Position numbers and translations under genes: made by a program. This document shows positions 15,387 to 32,039 of a DNA stretch of 64,000 nt, in pieces. The DNA is from the human T2T-CHM13v2.0 reference genome, Homo sapiens. Positions within the stretch are counted from its first letter, which is position 1. Each line of letters starts with the position of its first letter. A model generated the notes under the pieces. That model saw only the letters and a program-made list of their open reading frames with translations. It was not told the DNA's origin and did not search any database. The stretch lies in NCBI RefSeq assembly GCF_009914755.1, contig NC_060947.1, one strand, 5' to 3'.

Positions 15387-16681
15387 TCATTTCTATATGC
15401 TGACAGTGAACACTCTGGAAAAGGAAATAAATCCCATTTACAGTAGTCACACATAAAATTAAACTCTAAGGGGTTACCTTAACCAAAAAAGTGAAAAGTC
15501 TCCATAACAAAAATCATAAAATAGTTATAAAATAAATTGCAGATAACACAAAAAATGGGAAGATATACAATGCTCCTGGATTGAAAGTATCAACATGGTT
15601 AAAATGTCAATAATACCCAAAGCAATTTACAGTTTCAAAGCAATCCCTATCAAAATACCAACAGTTTTCACAGAAATAGAAAAAAAAATCCTAAAACTTT
15701 TATGGAACTACAAAATAAATAGCCAAAGCTATGCTATGCACAAAGAACAAAAGTGGAGGAATTATATTACCTGACTTCAAATTATACTACAGAGCTGTAG
15801 TAATCAAAATATCATGGTACTGACATGAAAACAGACACATAGACCAATGAAACAGAATAGAAAACCCAGAAATAAATCCACACACCTACAGTAAACTCAT
15901 TTTTGACAAAGATGCCAAGAACATACACTGGGGATAAGATGGTCTCTTAAATAAATGATGCTGGGAAAAGTGAATATCCCTATGCAGAATAAAGAAACTA
16001 GATCCCACCTATCACCATATACAAAAGTAAAATAAAGATAGATTAAAAACTTAAATCTAAGACATCAAACTACAAAATTACTAGACAAAAACATTAGGGA
16101 AAATTCCTAGGACATTGGTCTAGGCAGAAATTTCTTGAGCTTTACCCCACAAGCGCAGGCAACTATAATAAAAATAGACAAATGGGATCACATCAAGTTA
16201 AAAAGCTTCTGCACAGCAAAGAATACAATCAACAAAATGAAGAGATAACAAGAGTAAATAACAAAATGAAGAGATAACAAGAGTAAATAACAAAATGAAG
16301 AGATAACAAGAGTAAAAAAAAATGGAAAACTACCCATCTGGCAAGAGATTAATAACCAAAATATATATTAATAAGAAGCTCAAGCAACTCTGTAGAAAAC
16401 AGTCTAATAATCCAATAAAAAATGAGCAAAAGGTTTTAATGGACATTTCTCAAAAAAAGACATACAAATGGCAACAGGCATATAAAAAGGTGCTCAACAT
16501 TACTGATTATTAGACAAATGCAAATCAAAACTACAATGTGATATCACCTCACGCCAATTAAAATGACTTATATCCAAAAGACAGAGAATAACAAATGCTG
16601 GTGAGGATGTGGAGAAAAAGAAACCCATATATGCTGTTGGTGAGAATGTAATGTAAGTTAGTACAATGGAGGTTCTGGAAA

Positions 16682-16712
<31 letters not shown>

Positions 16713-17480
16713 ATTGAGCTACCACATGACTCCACAATCCTACTGCTGGGTATATACCCAAAGGAAAGGAAATCAGTATATTAAAGGGATATCTGCACTC
16801 CTATGTTTGTTGCAGTACTATTTACAATAGCCAAAATTTGGAAGCAAACTCAATGTCCATCAACTGATGAACGGATAAAGAAAATGTGGTACATATACTC
16901 AATGTAGTACTATTCAGATATGTATAAAAAAAATGAGACCCAGTAACTTGCAACAACATGCAGAATATTGGAGATCATTATATTAAGTGAAATAATGCAG
17001 ACACAGAAAAACAAACATCAGATGTTCTCACTTGTTTGTGAGATCTTAAAATCAAAACAATTAAACTCATGGACATAGATAGTAGAAAGATGGTTATCAG
17101 AGGCTTTGAAGGTTAGTGGTGGGGGGGCTACAAGGGGAGGTGGGGATGGTTAGTGGGTACAAAAATATAGACAGAACAAATAAAACCTACTATTTGATAG
17201 CATAGTAAGATGATTACAGTCAATTGTGACTTAATTGTACTTAATTTAAAATAACTTTAAAAGTATAATTGGATTGTAACTCAAAGGATAAATGCTTGAG
17301 AGGATGGATACCTCATTACGTATAATGTGCTTATTTCACATGACATGCCCGTGTCAAAACACCTCATTTATCCCAGAAATACATACCCCTACTCTGTACC
17401 CAAAAAATTAAAAAATAAATAAATAAAAATTTAAAAAGAAAGATAAGTATATAAATAATAAATAAAATTTAGAAAAAAAA
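15387..17480 (+). mobile_element. 5'-truncated L1MA2-like LINE-1
   Basis: Late ORF2 sequence plus an L1MA2/3-type 3'UTR ('actcaaaggataaatgcttgagaggatggatacc...gtgcttatttcaca') and an A-rich tail. Confidence 0.85.
16231..16316 (+). repeat. 29-bp minisatellite, 3 copies
   Basis: Unit aacaaaatgaagagataacaagagtaaat at 16231, 16260 and 16289. Confidence 0.92.
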
Positions 17481-17489
17481 GAAAGTAAA

Positions 17490-18630
17490 AAACAGTCAAC
17501 AAAACAGAAAATTTTTGCAAATAATATACCTAATAAAGGGACTTGTATGCAGAATATACAAAGTCTTACAACTCACCAGTAAAAAGACAAATAAATAGTT
17601 GGCAACAAATCTGAATAGACATTTCATGAAAGATATTAAAATTATCTATAAGCATGTGAAAAGATGCTTAATATTATTAGTCATCAGGGACATACAAATC
17701 AAAACCACAATGAGATACCACTTTACATTCACTAGGATGACGGTAATAAAAAGGACAGAAAATAGTCAAATTACTGTAATTAGCGTATCCATTACCTCAA
17801 ACATTTATCATTTCCTAGTGATAGATGAATGTTCTTTGAACATTCAAAATCCTCTCTAACTCATTACATATTGTATACATGTATCAAAACATCACCCTGT
17901 ACCTCAAAAATATGTACAATTACCTGTCAATTAAAAATAAAATAACACTTTGTAAAAAGACAAAAAATAACAGGTGTTACTAAGAATGTCATGAAATTAG
18001 AATCTTCATACGTTGCTAGTGGAAATGTAAAATGGTGCTGCTGCTTTGGAAAACAGTCTGACACTTCCTCAAAAGGGCAAACATAAAGTTATCATGTGAC
18101 CCAGCAATCCCATTCCTGGGTGTATTTATATTCAAGAAAAATAAAAACATATGTCTGAATGAATGTTCATAATAGCATTATTCATAAGACCCCAAAAATT
18201 GAAACAACCCAAATATCATTAGTTGGTGAATGGATAAACAAATCATGGTATATAAATGAAATGGAATATAATTTAGCCATTTAAAGGTGTAAAGAATTGA
18301 TACATGCTATGATACAGATAAACCTTGGAAACATACTAAATGAAAGAAGCCAGTCACAAAAGGTCATATGTTATATGACTCAATTTCTATGAAATGTCCA
18401 GAATAGGCAAATCTATAGAAACAGAAGGAAGATAAGTGGTTGTCTAGGGTTTGGGGCCAAGGAGAAGGAATTTGGAGAAAATGGGGTGTGACTGCTAATG
18501 GATAAAGGATTTCTAAACAGGGTAATGAAAATTTTGATTGTGATCATTGAACCACTCTGCAAATATACTAAAAATTATTTAATGTATACTTAAAAGTAAA
18601 CTGTAATGTTTATTAATTATCTCTCAAAGA
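17490..18630 (+). mobile_element. L1MB7/8-like LINE-1 3' part (probable continuation of the 14.7-kb host element)
   Basis: 'gaaagaagccagtcacaaaaggtcatatgttatatgactcaatttctatgaaatgtccagaataggcaaatctatagaaacag' is a typical L1MB 3'UTR. Confidence 0.8.
17765..17950. mobile_element. Short 5'-inverted (twin-primed) L1MA 3'-end insertion
   Basis: Inverted segment about 17765-17857, then direct segment to the A-tail; TSD taaaaaggacagaaaata / taaaaagacaaaaaata. Confidence 0.75.
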
Positions 18631-19569
18631 AGTCACCATTTTCAGAAGGATCAAATTGCAAAATAATTAAATAATTACTTTTGGAGGTTGGAGAAGGGTG
18701 AGAAGTTCTTGATTTCTTTTATATATGATATTGTGGAAAGGAATAAGGGAGAAATAGAGAGGAGAAGGGTGATTCCTTTTACTTTAGTATTATTTAAAAT
18801 ATAAAGTCATAGCCTTGTCTCAGGGATTTACCAAGTATAAAAAATATATCCAATTACTGACAAAAGAACTTGATGTCTTAGAGTGAAGAATGTATAAAAA
18901 GTTATGAACTATGTTCAACATCAAAATTTATTCTACTTTGATATCTATGCTTGGGATGTTTGCATTGTTTCGGGCTTTGTAGTGAGTGTACTGCTGCTAA
19001 TTTATTTTGAATCTTTAAAAAGACATAGCGGTCTCTTTTGGATGGTCAATTCCTCAGCTTGGATTTTAAAAACCAGATTAATTTTATTAATAAACTTATT
19101 TTATCCAATTTAGAAGTAAAAACAATCCCCTTGCCTGAGACTTCCAATTAAATTTTACAGATTACAGTACACTTAACTATGCAAAACACGCTGTAGAAAA
19201 GCAATAGCAAGCAAAAGTTGACTTCACAATTTGTCCAAAAAGTCAAAAGCAAGAAAGAACGTGAAAAAAAATTAAGATAGAGAAGAGTGATGGTAGACAA
19301 AACAAGGAGAAAGTAGAACACTAGAGAAAGTGAGAGATACACACTGAAACAAGGAGACAGGAAGAGACATAAAAAGAGGCAACTGTAAAGATAGTCTAGG
19401 CCCTGTATTTCAAAATCCTTTTTTTGGTTTACAGAAGGAAATTCACTTATTCTATGTATATCTGAATAATACAGACTGAGAAATACATAGTATAATTGTT
19501 TCATCTGGAACATCATGGCTAGATACCCTGTGGCAAGGGTGAAGTTTCTGCTGAAGGAAATGCTGGCTT

Positions 19570-22208
<2,639 letters not shown>

Positions 22209-25200
22209 TGATGTTGCATAAGCATTTGATAAAATTCAACATCGCTTTGTAATAAAATCCTTCAAAAACTGGAGATAGAAGGAACATATCTCAACATCAT
22301 ATAAGCTATATACAACAGACCCAAAGCTAGTATCATACTGAATGGGAAAAAATACTGAAAGCCTTCATACTAAAATCCACAACACAACATGGATGCCCAC
22401 TTTCACCACTGTTATTCAATATTGTATTGGAAGTTCTAGCTAGAGACAAGAGAAAGAAATAAATAGCATCCAAATGGGAAAGAAAAAATGAAATCATTTT
22501 TATTTGCAGACAATGTGATCTTATATTTGGATAAGTCTTAAAAATCCATCAAAAAAGCTCTTAAAATTGGTAAATTCAGGATAGTTGCAGGACACAAGAT
22601 CAACATAAAAAATCAGTCGCATTTCTATATGTCAACAGCAAACAATCTAAAAAAAATCAAGAAAGTAATCCCTTATACAAGAGCTACAAGGAAAATAACA
22701 TACCTAAGAATTAACTTATTCAATTAAGTGAAATATCTCTACAAAGAAAACTGTAAAACATTGATGCAAGAAATTGAGAAGGACACAAAACAATGAAAAG
22801 ATATTCCAAGTTCATGGGTTGGAAGAATCAATATTGTTAAAATGTCCATACTACCTAAAGGAATCTACAAATTTAATGCAATCTCTATCAAAACACCAAA
22901 GACATTTTTCACAAAAGTAGAAAAACAGACCTAAAATTAACACAGAACCACAAAAGACCCAGGATAGTCATAGTCATAGCTATCCTGATAGAAGAAAAAA
23001 ACTGGAGGAATTGCATTACACTATTTCAAATTGTACTACAGAGCTATAGTAACCAAAATGGTATGGTGCCAGCATGAAAACAGACACATAGACCAATGCA
23101 AAAGAATAGAGAACCCAAAAACAAATCCACACATCTGCAGTGAACTCATTTTTGACAAAGATGCCAAGAAGACATATTGAGGAAAAAAAAAACAGTGTCT
23201 TCAATAAATGGTGCTGGAAAAAATGGATATTCATATGCAGAAAAATGAAACTAGACCCCTATCTATCACTACACACAAAAATCAAACCAATATGAACTAA
23301 AGACTTAAATACAAGGCCTCAAAATATGAAACTACTGAAAGAAAACATTGGGAAACTCTCCAGGTCATTGGAATGGGCAAATATTTTTTGAGTAATACAG
23401 CACAAACAAGCAATTGAAGCAAAAATGGACAAATGGTATCACATAAAGTTAAAAAGCTCCTGCACAGCAAAGAAAACAACAAAGTGAAGAGACAACCAAG
23501 AGAATGGGTGAAAATATCTGCAAATGATCCATCTGACAAGGAATTAATATCAAGAATATATGAAGAACTCAACACTATAGAGAAAAAACTAATAATCTAA
23601 TTTTTAAAATGGCAAAAGATCTGAGAAGACATTTCTTAAAAGAAGACATATGATATGGTTTGCATCTGTGTCCCCAAAAAATCTCATGTGAATTGGTAAT
23701 CCTCAATATTTGAGATGGGGCCTAGGGGGAGGTGACTGAATCTTGGGGGTGGATCTTTCATGAATGGCTTACTGCCATTTCCTTGGTGCTGTTCTTATGA
23801 TAGAGTTCTCATGAGATCTGGCTGTTTGAAAGTGTGTAGCACATCCCCCACCTCCTTAATCCTACCCTGGTCATATGTCTGTGTTCTCCCTTCTGCCATA
23901 ATGGTAAGTTTCCTGAGGCCTCCCCAGAAGTTGAGCAGATGCTGGCATTATACTTTCTGTGGAACCATGAGACAATTAAACACATTTTCTTTATAAATTA
24001 CCCAGTCTCAGGTATTTCTGTATAGCAGTGGAAGAACAGACTAATATAGGTAATTAACAGGGCATTGATATAAAGATACCGGAAAATGTGGAAGCAGTAC
24101 ATGTGGGTAACAGGCAGAGGGCAGAACAGTTTGCAGGCCTCAGTAAAAGACAGGAAGATGAGGGAAGGTTTGAAACTTCCTAGAGACTGGTTGAATGATT
24201 ATGACCCAAATGGTGATGGTGATATGGGCAGTGAAGGCCAGGCTGAGGAGGTCTCAGATCGAAAAGAGGAATCTATTGGGAATTGAAGCAATGGTCACTT
24301 TTGTAATGCTTAGCAAAGAGATTCACTGCACTGTGTCCCTGCTCTAAGGATCCGTGGAATTTTGAACTTTTAAGTGATAATATAGGGTATCTGGTAGAAG
24401 AAATTTCTAAGCTGCAAACTGCACAAGAAGTAACCTGGCTGCTTCTAGTGGCCTATGCTATATTTTTGAGCAAATAAATGATCTGAAATTGAAACATATT
24501 TAAAAAGGAAGCAGAGCATAAAAATTCAGAATATTTGAAACCTGGCCATGTAATAGAAAGGAAAAACCAATTTTCAGGGGAGGAATTCAAGAAGGCTGCA
24601 GAGATTTGCATAAGTAAAAAGGAGGCAAGTGCTAATAGCCAAGACAATGGGGAAAAGGCCTGGAAGGTATTTCAGAGACCTTTGCAGCAGCCCCTCCCAT
24701 CAGAGACCAGGAGGCCTGAAAGGAAAGAATGGTTTCAGGAGCCAGGCTCAGGGAACCATTGTTCTGTGCAGCCTAGGGACATTGTTCCCCATATCCCAGT
24801 TGCTCTAGCTCTAGCTGTGGCTCAAAGGGGCCCAGGTACATCTCAGGCTGCTGCTTCAGAGAGTGAAAGCCATAAGCCTTGGTGGCTTCCATGTGGTGTT
24901 AAGCCAGCGGGTGCAGAGTGAAAGAATAGAGGCTTGGATGTCTTTGCCTAGATTTCAGAGGATGTAAGAAAAATCCTGGATGTCTAGGCAGGAGCCTGCT
25001 TTGGGAAAGGGGCCCTCATGGGGAAACTCTATTAGGGAAATGTGAAGGAAAAACGTGGGGTTTGAGCACCTACTTAAGTCCCTACTGGGGCACTCCCTAG
25101 TGTAGCTGTAGGAAGAGGGCCACCCTCCTCCAGCCTCCAGAATGTTGCATCCACTGGCTTGCAACGTGTGCCTGGAAAAGCTGAAGCCACTGAACACCAG

Positions 25201-26893
25201 CCCATGAGAGCCACTTCAGGGGCCGAACCACTGTGGCTAGGATGTTAGACATGGAGTCAAATAAGACTATTTTGAAGCTTTAAGATTTAGTTACTGCCCT
25301 GCTGGATTTTGGATTTGAATGGGACCTGTTGCTCCTTTTTTTTCGGGGGGGGGTGCGTTATTTCTCCGTTTTGGAATGGGAATAATTACCCAATGCTTGT
25401 ACCCCCATTGCAACACATTTTTGATTTTCCAGGCTCATAGGCAGCAGGGACTAGTCTTGTCTCAGATGAGACTTTGAACTTTGTACTTTTGATTTAATGT
25501 TGAAATGAGTTAAGACTTCAGGGGATTATTAAGAAGGGATAATTATATTTTGCAATTTAAAAAGGACATGAGATTTTAGGGTCCAGGGGAGAAATCATAA
25601 GGTTTAGATCTGTGTCCCCACCCAAATATCATGTCCAAATGTAATCCCCAATATTGAAGGTGGGGCCTTGGCTCAGGTGATTGAATCATAGGGTGTATCT
25701 TTCATGAATGGCTTAGCACCATTTCCTTGGTGCTGTTCTCATGATAGAGTTCTCATGAGATCTGGTTGTTTGAAAGTGTGTAGCACCTCCCCGCAACTTG
25801 CTCCTACTGTGGCCATGTGATGTCTGTGCTCTATCTTCACCTTCTGCCACAATTGTAAGATTCCTGAGGCCTCCCCAGAAGCCAAGCAGATGTCAGCATC
25901 ATGCTTCCTGTACATCTTGTGAAACTATGGGTCAATTAAACCTCTTTTCTTCATAAATTACCCAGTCTCAGATGATTCCTTATAGCAGTTCAAGAATGGA
26001 CTAATAGAACATACAAATGGCAAACAGATATATGAAAAGGTGCTCAATATCAGAGACATGCAAATCAAAACTACAATGAGATATTATCTCATCTCAGCTA
26101 ATGTGGCTATTATCCAAAAGGCAGGATATAACAAATGCTGGCAAGGATGTGGAGAAAAGGAAACTCTAATACACTGTTGGTGAGAATGTACTTTAGTACA
26201 ATAACTATGGAGAATAGTTTTAGTTTGCTCAAAAAACTAAAAATAGAGCTAACATATTATCCAGCAATCCCACTGCTAGGTATGTATGCAAAAGAAGGAA
26301 ATCACTATATCCAAAAGATATGTGCACTCTCATGTTTATTACAGCACTATTTACAATAGCTCAGATTTGGAAGCAACCTAAATGTCTATCAGCAGAAGAA
26401 TGGATAAAGAAAGTGTGGTACATATACACAACGGAGTACTATTCAGCCATAAAAAGAATGAGATCCTGTCATTTGCAACAACTTAGAGAGAAGTAGAGGT
26501 CATTATGTTAAGTGAAATAAGCCAGGCAGAGAAAGACAAACTTTGCATGTTCTCACTTACTTGTGGGGGGTAAACATTAGAACAATAGAACTCATGATAG
26601 AGAGTAAAACAAAAGGGAAGGGTTTTGAGGTGGGGCAGGTAGTGGGAATGGTTAATGGGTACAAAAATATGGATAAGATCCCCCATTTGGTAGCACAACA
26701 GGGTGACTGCAGTCAACAATGATTTAAAGAGTATAATCGGATTGTTTGTAACACAAAGAAAGAGTAAATGCTTTAGGTGATCAACATCCCATTTACTCTG
26801 ATGTGATTATTACGCATTGTATGCCTGTATCAAAACATTTTATGTACCTCATATATTAATATACCTATTATGTATGCACAAAAACTTAAAAAA
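22209..26893 (+). mobile_element. 5'-truncated L1MA3-like LINE-1, interrupted by an MSTA element
   Basis: RT-region-to-3'UTR L1 sequence that resumes seamlessly (gacata|...|caaatggc) after the MSTA; 3'UTR 'acacaaagaaagagtaaatgctttaggtgat...gtgattattacgcattgtatgcctg'. Confidence 0.85.
23651..26008 (+). mobile_element. Complete MSTA-type MaLR element: 5' LTR 23651-24048, internal region, 3' LTR about 25595-26008
   Basis: Two similar LTRs; perfect 5-bp TSD acata (23646-23650 and 26009-26013). Confidence 0.9.
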
Positions 26894-27657
26894 AGAACTG
26901 AAAAGTGAGAAGCAGACATACTTTTCGACCATAAAACCAGACCCTCTCTGCTGTTTCTCAGAAATAATTGGAAAAGGAAACTAGGTTGTGATTAGGCTAC
27001 CTGGTCAGATAGTTAGGTTACTTGGGGAAAGGAATGCTAAGACTAGTTATTACGGTATTAAAGGGAAAATTAACCATTGAAGTTCAGAGATGTTGGAAAA
27101 TCTTTGTTCTTTAGTAACAGTTAATTATTCAAAAAATGGAATGAGAAAGAAGCATGGTTTTGTGAACCTCCTGCTAACTAGCTCTTCTGTGACTTTGGAT
27201 AGGATTTAGATGCAAAGAGCCCAAGATTTCTCACCTATACAATGAGGAAATAGGTAATCGTTAACATTCTGTTAGTGTCAGCATTGCTAAAATAAATATT
27301 TGTTCTTAAGATGACCATTCTGAAAGGAACAACTCCTGTGTGTATGCTTTAATACATTTTTAAAAAATGCAATTCTAATGTTGCATAGCTCAAATATGTG
27401 CCTATATAGCATTTGCACAATTTTGTATGTTTCTTTTACTTTAGCTGTACATAATTTTCTCCTTGACCCATATATATCCACCATAATTCTAACATGTTTC
27501 TTTTTCTCCCACTTTGTTTTCTTTTGATCACAACTGTAAGTTCTGATCATGATATCAAATTTGAAATGCCAAAAATTATGAATATAAATTACTCCAAACC
27601 CTGGGACATATAGATAAACAGTATCTACATTTTTGTGTATTACACGTAACATATATA

Positions 27658-28838
27658 CAGTCATGCAACACATAAAGATGTTTCAGTCAATGATGGCACA
27701 CATATAAATGGTGGACCCATAAAATCATAATGGAGCTGAAAAATTCCTATCACCTAGTGAAGTCATAGCCATCCCAACATTGTAGCATGACACATTACTC
27801 ATCTGTTTGTAACCTGTTTGCTGGTGTAAACGAACCTACTGCACTTCCAGTTGTAGAAAAGTACAGCACATACAATTATATACAGTACATAATACTTGAC
27901 TATAATAATTAATGACTGCTACTGGTTTGCATACTTACTATACTTCCTATCATTATTTTAGAATTTATTGCTCCCACTTATTAAAAATAACTATAAAACA
28001 GCCTCAGGCATGTCCTTCAGGAAGTATTGTCATAGGAGATAACAGCTCCATGTATAGTATTGTCTCTGAAGACCTTCCAGTGGGACAAGATGTGGAGGTG
28101 GACGACAGTGATATTGATGACCCTGACCCTGTGTAGCCGAGGCTAATGTATGTGTTTGTATCATAGTTTTTAACAAAAACACTTTAAAAAGTAAAAAATG
28201 AAAATAAAACATTTAAAAATAGAAAATGCTTAAAGAATAATGATGTAAAGACAATAATTTTGTCTACTGTGCAATGTATTTGTGTTTTTACCTAAGTGTT
28301 ATTATGAGTGAAAATATTTTTAAAAATTAAAAATTTATAAAGTCAACAGTTACAGTAAGCTAAGGTTAATCTACTATTGAAGAAAGAAAAGTATTTTTTA
28401 TAAATTTAGTGTAGCCTAATTGTACAGTATTTATAAAGTCTACAGGAATGTACAGTAATGTCCTAGGCCCTCACATTAACTCACTAAGCACTCACTGACT
28501 CACCCAGAGTGACTTCCCATTCTGCAAGCTCCATTGACGTTAAGTGTCCCACACAAGTGTACCATGTTGCAATCTGTTATGCTGTATTTTCCTCTACCTT
28601 TTTTGTGTTTTGACATATGTAAATACATAACTACCTGTTATTTTATTACAATTGCCTACAGTATTCAGTACAGTAACATGCTGTATAGGTTTGTAGCCTA
28701 GTAGCAATGGACTATACCATATATCCTAGGTGTGTAGAAGACTATACCATCTAGATTTGTGTAAGTATACTCTATGATGTTCACAGAACAACAAAATCAT
28801 CTAACACTACAAAGTATCCCTGTTTTTAAGCATACATA
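27658..28838. mobile_element. Tigger3 (Tigger3b-like) non-autonomous TcMar DNA transposon
   Basis: TA followed by CAGTCATGC..CATAA..ATGTTTCAGTCAATGA terminus, 'ataatggagctgaaaaattcctatcacctagtga'; about 1.2 kb; far terminus degenerate. Confidence 0.8.
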
Positions 28839-28839
28839 C

Positions 28840-29230
28840 ATATATTTCCATATTCTGTGACATTTTTCATTAAACAATTTATCCTAGGTATCTTTCAGTG
28901 TCATTATAGATCTACATTATTACTTTAAATGGTCTTCAAATTATTCAACCTTATAAATAAACCGTAACTTATAAACTGAGTTTTCTATTGCTGGACATTT
29001 ACATTGTTTTCAATATTTCAATATTATAAGCAATACTGAAATGAACAGTATTAAAATCGTTTTTTCTTCACTATTATTTCCTTAGGACAAATTCCTTGAA
29101 CATTTGTTGGTTCAAAGAGTATGCACATTTTTCAGGTTTTCGTTAAGTATCATCAAACAGTACTCCAGCTATGTGTACTGTTTTACCCTTCCACTTGCAG
29201 TATTTGACAGTGCATCATCATTTTAATTTT
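28840..29230 (-). mobile_element. Ancient L1ME-type fragment (host of the Tigger; also about 27330-27650)
   Basis: Degenerate reverse L1 3' text 'ctattgctggacatttacattgttttcaat...ttccttaggacaaattcc'. Confidence 0.55.
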
Positions 29231-30627
29231 TTTTTTATTACTAGGACAGGTAATTTTTAAAATTTTTTCTGAATTGCCTATTCCTTTCTTTTACAAGTAG
29301 TTTTATATTTATACTTTGTTTTACAAATGGTGTTAGTATGGTCTTTACTTGCAAATATCAAAACAGATCCTGAAATTGAATGAGGAATGTAACTCAGTCT
29401 CTTTTACCTTTCTTTAGATATAAGTTACCATTAGGAAAACTATCACAAAGCAAGTTGCAAGATACAGAAGACAGGCCAAGTAAAGAAACTTAAACATCAA
29501 GAAATTTTGATATATTTTGTAAAAAGTGCCTAATATATTTTTGCTGGATAGAAATACACAAACACTTTGTGTGAGCTACATTTAATATCAAATATGTGAT
29601 TCTGCTCCAAAAAATAACTATTCTCTTTTTGCATATAAATACTACTATAATTAAAGTTTGCCAATAGCATTTGTGATCTCGTTTCCTCATAAAAATATCT
29701 TGAAATAAAAATCATACTGCTGGGTTAATACTTCTTCAAACCTGTACCTTAATACACGCATTTGTTTTGTTGGTTCTTGTAAAGTTACTTCATCAGTAAT
29801 AATTATACATGAAGAAATAGTTACACTATCTCAACAAACCTAATTGCAACCTTTGAAAAGACTCATTTCTAAAACTGTTGTTCAGAAAATCAACCAGAGA
29901 TTTCTCTATGCTAGAGAAATTTTCTGAAGGCTTTCCCATGTACTGCTTAGAGATTGTTCCTTTAGTATACATTGAAATAAGTCAGGTTTTATTTTTCTAA
30001 AGCTTCATCATCTAGGCAGATTTTTTTAAATAGCCATGTTCTTTCTCTAGGACTTCAGACTACTTAAATACTACTTAAATACACAGAAGAATTTCAATTA
30101 ATTGGCAACCTGCTGACACAATTATTACGCTGTGAAAACACATTTCTTCCAATATTTACAGTTATATTACATTTGTTGAAATGCTTTCTTTGTACCCTGA
30201 ACCCAGGAAAAAAAATTAACAAAATAATAAATAGATGTGATTTATTTTTCCTCGTCCATTTTTTTCATTTGCCTTTCAATGTAAAGACTGCAGAATTATA
30301 TTAAAACTTGAATTACACCTAACTTATTCTAAGTAGTGCATCCTATTTCCAGAGTCCTTGTTTTCTATTAGACTAAAGAAACTGTTTTTTTTAATGCAAG
30401 CCAGGCTGGTGTGAGTTAATACCAATTCCAGGAGGTCAGCATTATAATATTTGGCCTGAAGTTGTAAATAGTGGTAATAGTTTAAGGAAAATATTTTGAG
30501 AAAGACCTCTACTTTCCTCAAATGTCATTTCTCACCGGGTACAGTGCAAATGTTTTAAATAGGTGCCATTTGGTATGTCATCCATTGCCTTTCACCTTTT
30601 GTATTCTCTTAAACTTCTACAAGCAAT

Positions 30628-31410
30628 GAAAAGAGAACCCTAGGACACTGTTGGTGGGAATGTAACTTAGTACAACCACTATGGAGAACAGGTTGGATAT
30701 TTGTCAAAAAACTAAAAATAAAGCTACTATACAATCCAGCAATCCCACTGCTACATATATATCCAAAAGAAAGGAAATCAGTATATCAAAAAAACATCTG
30801 CATGCCCATACTTACTGCAGCACTATTTACAATAGCCCAGATTTGGACACAACCTAAGTGTCCACCAACAGATGAATGGAAAAATAAAATGTGGTACATA
30901 TATACAATGAAGTACTATTCAGTCGTTAAAAAGAATGAGACCCTGTTATTTGCAACAACATGGGTGGAACTGCAGGTCGTTATGTTAATAAGGTGAAGTA
31001 AAAGACGAACTTCATAAGTTCTCAATGATTCGTGAAAGCTAAACATTAAAACAATTGAACCCATGGAAATAGAGAATAGAAGGATGATTACCAGTGGCTG
31101 GGAAGGGTCATGGAGGGGCGCAGGAGAGTAAGGATAATTAATGGGTACAAAAATAGATAAAATGAATAAAATCTAGTATTTGATAGCACAACAGGGTGAC
31201 TACAGTCAACAATAATTTATTATAAATTAAAAAAATAAAGGATTATTATTAAACTCTTTGTAGCACAAAGGATAAATACTTGAGGTGTTCAATACTCCTT
31301 TTACACTGAGGTGATCATTATGCATTGCATGCCTGTGTCAAAGCATCTCATGTATCCCATAAATATATACACCTCCTATGTTCCAACAAAAATTAAAAAT
31401 TAAAAAAAGG
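30628..31410 (+). mobile_element. L1MA2/3-like 3' fragment
   Basis: ORF2 end (AALFTIAQIWTQPKCP..DEW..KMWYIYTMKYYS), L1MA 3'UTR and A tail. Confidence 0.85.
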
Positions 31411-32039
31411 CAGTGATTTTGCCCCAGAGAAATGGATTTCCTGATAAAAATATATTTTTTCAAAACCAATTCAATAAATTACTGACTGGTCTCTGCATCC
31501 CCTATTAATACCCTGGCCAAAACTAAAAGAGGTTTTGAGGAAAGCATTCCAAACTGGAAATAGTTTTTAAATTCCTGTCTTATAGTTTCACTGGTGTTAT
31601 CAATGAAATATAAACATAGAAATGGGGGTCTAGGGTTCTAGAAAGGGTCCCATTATATTCAACATTACTAAAGAAAAAAGTGTATATCCTAGACTTTCAC
31701 AGGCAACAGATTATGTAGAGTACTGGCCCTTTGGAGGAACAGATAAAAATTCAAAGTGACATTGAAAGAGTAAAGATGTAGTGATGATATAAAAAGGTAA
31801 GTGTTTACCAGAAATCAATTGAGAGCTATTGATTCAGGGAGAAAAAAACAAGAAAGGGCAGGAATAATTACATGACATACATGAAAGGTATGTTTCACGC
31901 ATTTCATGAAAGATGTATACATGAAAGGATCTTTTTCTCTTGAAGCCAGCCTGGGTGAATTAATACCAATTTTAACATCTTTAGTTTCATGACATTTTGC
32001 CTGGAGTCCCAAGTAAAACTCACTTATTGTAATTGTGGC

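Noticed and set aside
16231-16316. 29-bp direct repeats as a CRISPR-like array
   Set aside because: Head-to-tail with no spacers, derived from L1 sequence, in eukaryotic DNA
24535-24921. 128-aa ORF in the MST internal region
   Set aside because: Decayed MaLR internal ORF remnant flanked by stops and frameshifts; no sign of domestication
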